DNA of 64,000 nucleotides from a virus. Both the position numbers and the translations under genes were made by a program. This document shows positions 61,941 to 64,000 of this stretch, one piece after another (the first letter of the stretch is position 1; each line of letters begins with the position of its first letter). Under the pieces are notes generated by a model, which was not told where the DNA came from, searched no databases, and saw only the letters and a list, made by a program, of their open reading frames with translations. Where the stretch lies: IMG/VR virus record IMGVR_UViG_3300027763_000029, one strand, 5' to 3'.

Positions 61941-62578
61941 GTAAAATACAGTACTATACCGCCTGGAGAACCGTTTGTTGCCGAGTTGGCGTTGGCATTT
62001 CCTGCCACACCCTTAAATCCAGCATTAAGACTTGAACCAGATAATGTTACAGCGGCCACTCTTCCTTGATAGTCTAGCACGCCACCAGCATAAAAGGTTC
62101 TATTAAAATCACCTCCAGAACCAACACCATTGCTTCCTAAAGGATAACTTGGAGGAACACTATAGTTACCTAATGCTCCTGCTCCTGTTATTGTAACTCC
62201 ACCATAAGTCAGTGTAGTATTTCCTCCAGAAGTACTAGATCCGTCTCCTTGAACTCCTGCCGCACCTACAACATAAGCAACTGTTGCTCCTCCGGTAACG
62301 CTATAAGTTTTAACTGCTTCTCCTCCATAATAGCCGTCATCAGTTCCTTGACATCCACTAGTATCATATGTTCCACCAGAACCGCCCCCAATAACCCAAG
62401 CCTTCATGCTTGTGGCTCCTGTTGGTACTAATCGACTAGTTCCAGTAGTTACTACAAAAGCAACCGGAGTAAAAGAACCTGCTCGTGTTGGTGTTGGTGT
62501 TGGTGTTCTTGTTAGTGTTGGTGTTGGTGATGATACTAAAGATCTTCTATTAAAATGATTAAATTTAGCACTAAACAT
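61937..62578 (-). CDS. Gly-rich fibre/adhesin-like protein with short Thr/Pro linker
   Basis: VPTGATSMKAWVIGGGSGG...VGAAG...GSPGGIVLYF is a phage glycine-rich domain pattern. Confidence 0.7.
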   Translation of the reverse strand: MFSAKFNHFNRRSLVSSPTPTLTRTPTPTPTRAGSFTPVAFVVTTGTSRLVPTGATSMKAWVIGGGSGGTYDTSGCQGTDDGYYGGEAVKTYSVTGGATVAYVVGAAGVQGDGSSTSGGNTTLTYGGVTITGAGALGNYSVPPSYPLGSNGVGSGGDFNRTFYAGGVLDYQGRVAAVTLSGSSLNAGFKGVAGNANANSATNGSPGGIVLYFT

Positions 62579-62584
62579 AAATTA

Positions 62585-64000
62585 CTAATAGTTTTGACTA
62601 AAAGCCCCGTACCACGAAGTTCCATCGCTGATAAAGCTTAATATATCTATTTTACTAGCTGTTACAGTAATTGTAGGAGCTGTTCCACTACTCCATTTTA
62701 CACTAGTAAAAGTTGCTGTAAATGATCCCGCTCCGGTACTTAAAAATAGTGTGAAGCTTTTCCCAGCGGTGGCGGTTGGCATAGTAAATGTACAATTACC
62801 AGTTAATGTACAAGTTTGAACAGTTCCGTTTGTTAAAGAGATTGTTTTAGAGGTAGAACTGTTGCCTATAGCTACGACACTTTCAGTAAAATCATTGAAA
62901 CTAAGTGTTCCTGCAATATTAGTATTCCCAACCACATGCATTTTGCTAGTTGGTGAAGCTGTTCCAACACCCAAATTTGTTCCATCAAATACAAAATCAG
63001 AAGAACCAGAAGCAACATTGCCTGAGTTTTTATAAACAACCTGATTTGCGCTTCCAGCTACAGGTCCAGCTGTGCCTTGAACACCCTGACTATTTAATGT
63101 TCCTTGTACCCCTTGCAGTCCCTGAGAGCCTTGACTTCCGTTAGATCCCGACGTTCCAAGAGTACCTTGAACACCTTGAGTCCCTTGTGCTCCACTACCA
63201 GAACCAATGGCAGTAGCTACTCCGGCACCACCAGAAGTTATATCTAGATAGTATCCTCTATTTGTTCCACCGGTTTCAAAGAATCTTAATCTGTTTTGAT
63301 TAATATCGATAGTTACTGATGTATTGATACTAGTATTTGTAGCCGCTTTAAGTAGTCTTATTTCTCCTCCTTCATCTCCTGCGGAGTTTGTGGATTCAAA
63401 ATTACTCGCTCTAAGAGTTGAGGTATCCCAGGTTAAAGATGAACTACCAGTAGCAATATTACTTCCATCTTTATATACTATTTGATTTGCTGAACCAGCA
63501 ACAGGACCGGAAATACCCTGAGATCCTGATGATCCCTGACTGCCAGTACCAGTTAAGCCTTGACTACCCTGACTACCTCCCGTACCTATTAATCCCTGAA
63601 CTCCTTGATTTCCTTGGCTTCCATTAGACCCAGAAGAACCTACGATACCTTGAGTACCTTGACTTCCATTGGATCCGTTTGACCCAACTGTTCCTTGGGT
63701 ACCCTGACTATTTAATGCTCCTTGAACTCCCTGGCTACCGTTTGATCCAGATGAGCCGGTATTACCTTGAACACCCTGACTGCCTGTATTACCTAAAGTA
63801 CCCTGAGTGCCTTGACTACCATTCGATCCGGCACTACCAACGGTACCTTGAACGCCTTGACTACCATTCGATCCGGCACTACCAACGGTACCTTGAACGC
63901 CTTGACTACCATTCGATCCGGCACTACCAACGGTACCTTGAACGCCCTGACTGCCGTTCGATCCGGCACTACCAACGGTACCTTGAACGCCTTGACTGCC
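62585..64000 (-). CDS. Collagen-like tail fibre protein, 5'-truncated by window edge
   Basis: Manually checked: the frame has no stop from 64000 to 62585. It contains Gly-X-Y runs, GDEGGEI...RLRFFE, GVGTASP and a C-terminal TLTGNCTFT...DILSFISDGTSWYG domain. The track shows only the last 129 aa. Confidence 0.85.
   Translation of the reverse strand, partial: GSQGVQGTVGSAGSNGSQGVQGTVGSAGSNGSQGVQGTVGSAGSNGSQGVQGTVGSAGSNGSQGTQGTLGNTGSQGVQGNTGSSGSNGSQGVQGALNSQGTQGTVGSNGSNGSQGTQGIVGSSGSNGSQGNQGVQGLIGTGGSQGSQGLTGTGSQGSSGSQGISGPVAGSANQIVYKDGSNIATGSSSLTWDTSTLRASNFESTNSAGDEGGEIRLLKAATNTSINTSVTIDINQNRLRFFETGGTNRGYYLDITSGGAGVATAIGSGSGAQGTQGVQGTLGTSGSNGSQGSQGLQGVQGTLNSQGVQGTAGPVAGSANQVVYKNSGNVASGSSDFVFDGTNLGVGTASPTSKMHVVGNTNIAGTLSFNDFTESVVAIGNSSTSKTISLTNGTVQTCTLTGNCTFTMPTATAGKSFTLFLSTGAGSFTATFTSVKWSSGTAPTITVTASKIDILSFISDGTSWYGAFSQNY
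63809..64000. repeat. 45-bp tandem repeat encoding collagen unit GSQGVQGTVGSAGSN
   Basis: Units start at 63809, 63854, 63899, 63944 and 63989, running off the window edge. Confidence 0.9.

Noticed and set aside
63809-64000. 45-bp repeats as a CRISPR array
   Set aside because: The units are contiguous with no unique spacers and encode in-frame collagen.
1-64000. Stop-codon reassignment, as in some large phages
   Set aside because: The standard code gives very long ORFs and dense packing, and TAA, TAG and TGA all end genes at sensible boundaries.
1-64000. Cellular surface-protein locus or eukaryotic mucin genes
   Set aside because: There are no evident signal peptides, sorting signals or introns, and the genes are embedded with TMP, tail tube and neck genes.
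1-64000. tRNA, rRNA, integrase or transposase genes
   Set aside because: None was recognised, and intergenic gaps are mostly too short. A tRNAscan/Infernal run was not possible.

Overview
This AT-rich, gene-dense window reads as the virion morphogenesis region of a large tailed phage. No sheath gene is visible, so it is probably siphovirus-like. SHD1, EF-hand, PEP-CTERM-type FGE and P-domain modules suggest a Planctomycetota/PVC host (inference). Nearly all genes are on the minus strand. In transcription order (right to left) they are: a collagen-like fibre, a Gly-rich fibre, an inverted glycosyltransferase plus alginate-lyase-like cassette, head-tail joining genes, a tail-terminator-like protein fused to an arylsulfotransferase-like domain, the tail tube, chaperone-like genes, a 5132-aa tape measure protein, and about 34 kb of modular fibre/adhesin genes. 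Main observations: (1) a 1305-aa protein whose nine Gly-rich repeats are nested inside each other as a balanced binary tree; (2) nine circularly permuted FGE-sulfatase/C-lectin-fold domains on Thr/Pro stalks; (3) a tape measure protein punctuated by [FY]AxGG motifs and carrying HAD, nuclease-like, EF-hand and SHD1 domains; (4) two unnamed domain families reused across the adhesin cluster; (5) a strand-oriented GTGTA candidate promoter motif. All family assignments are by-eye motif recognition, not database searches.
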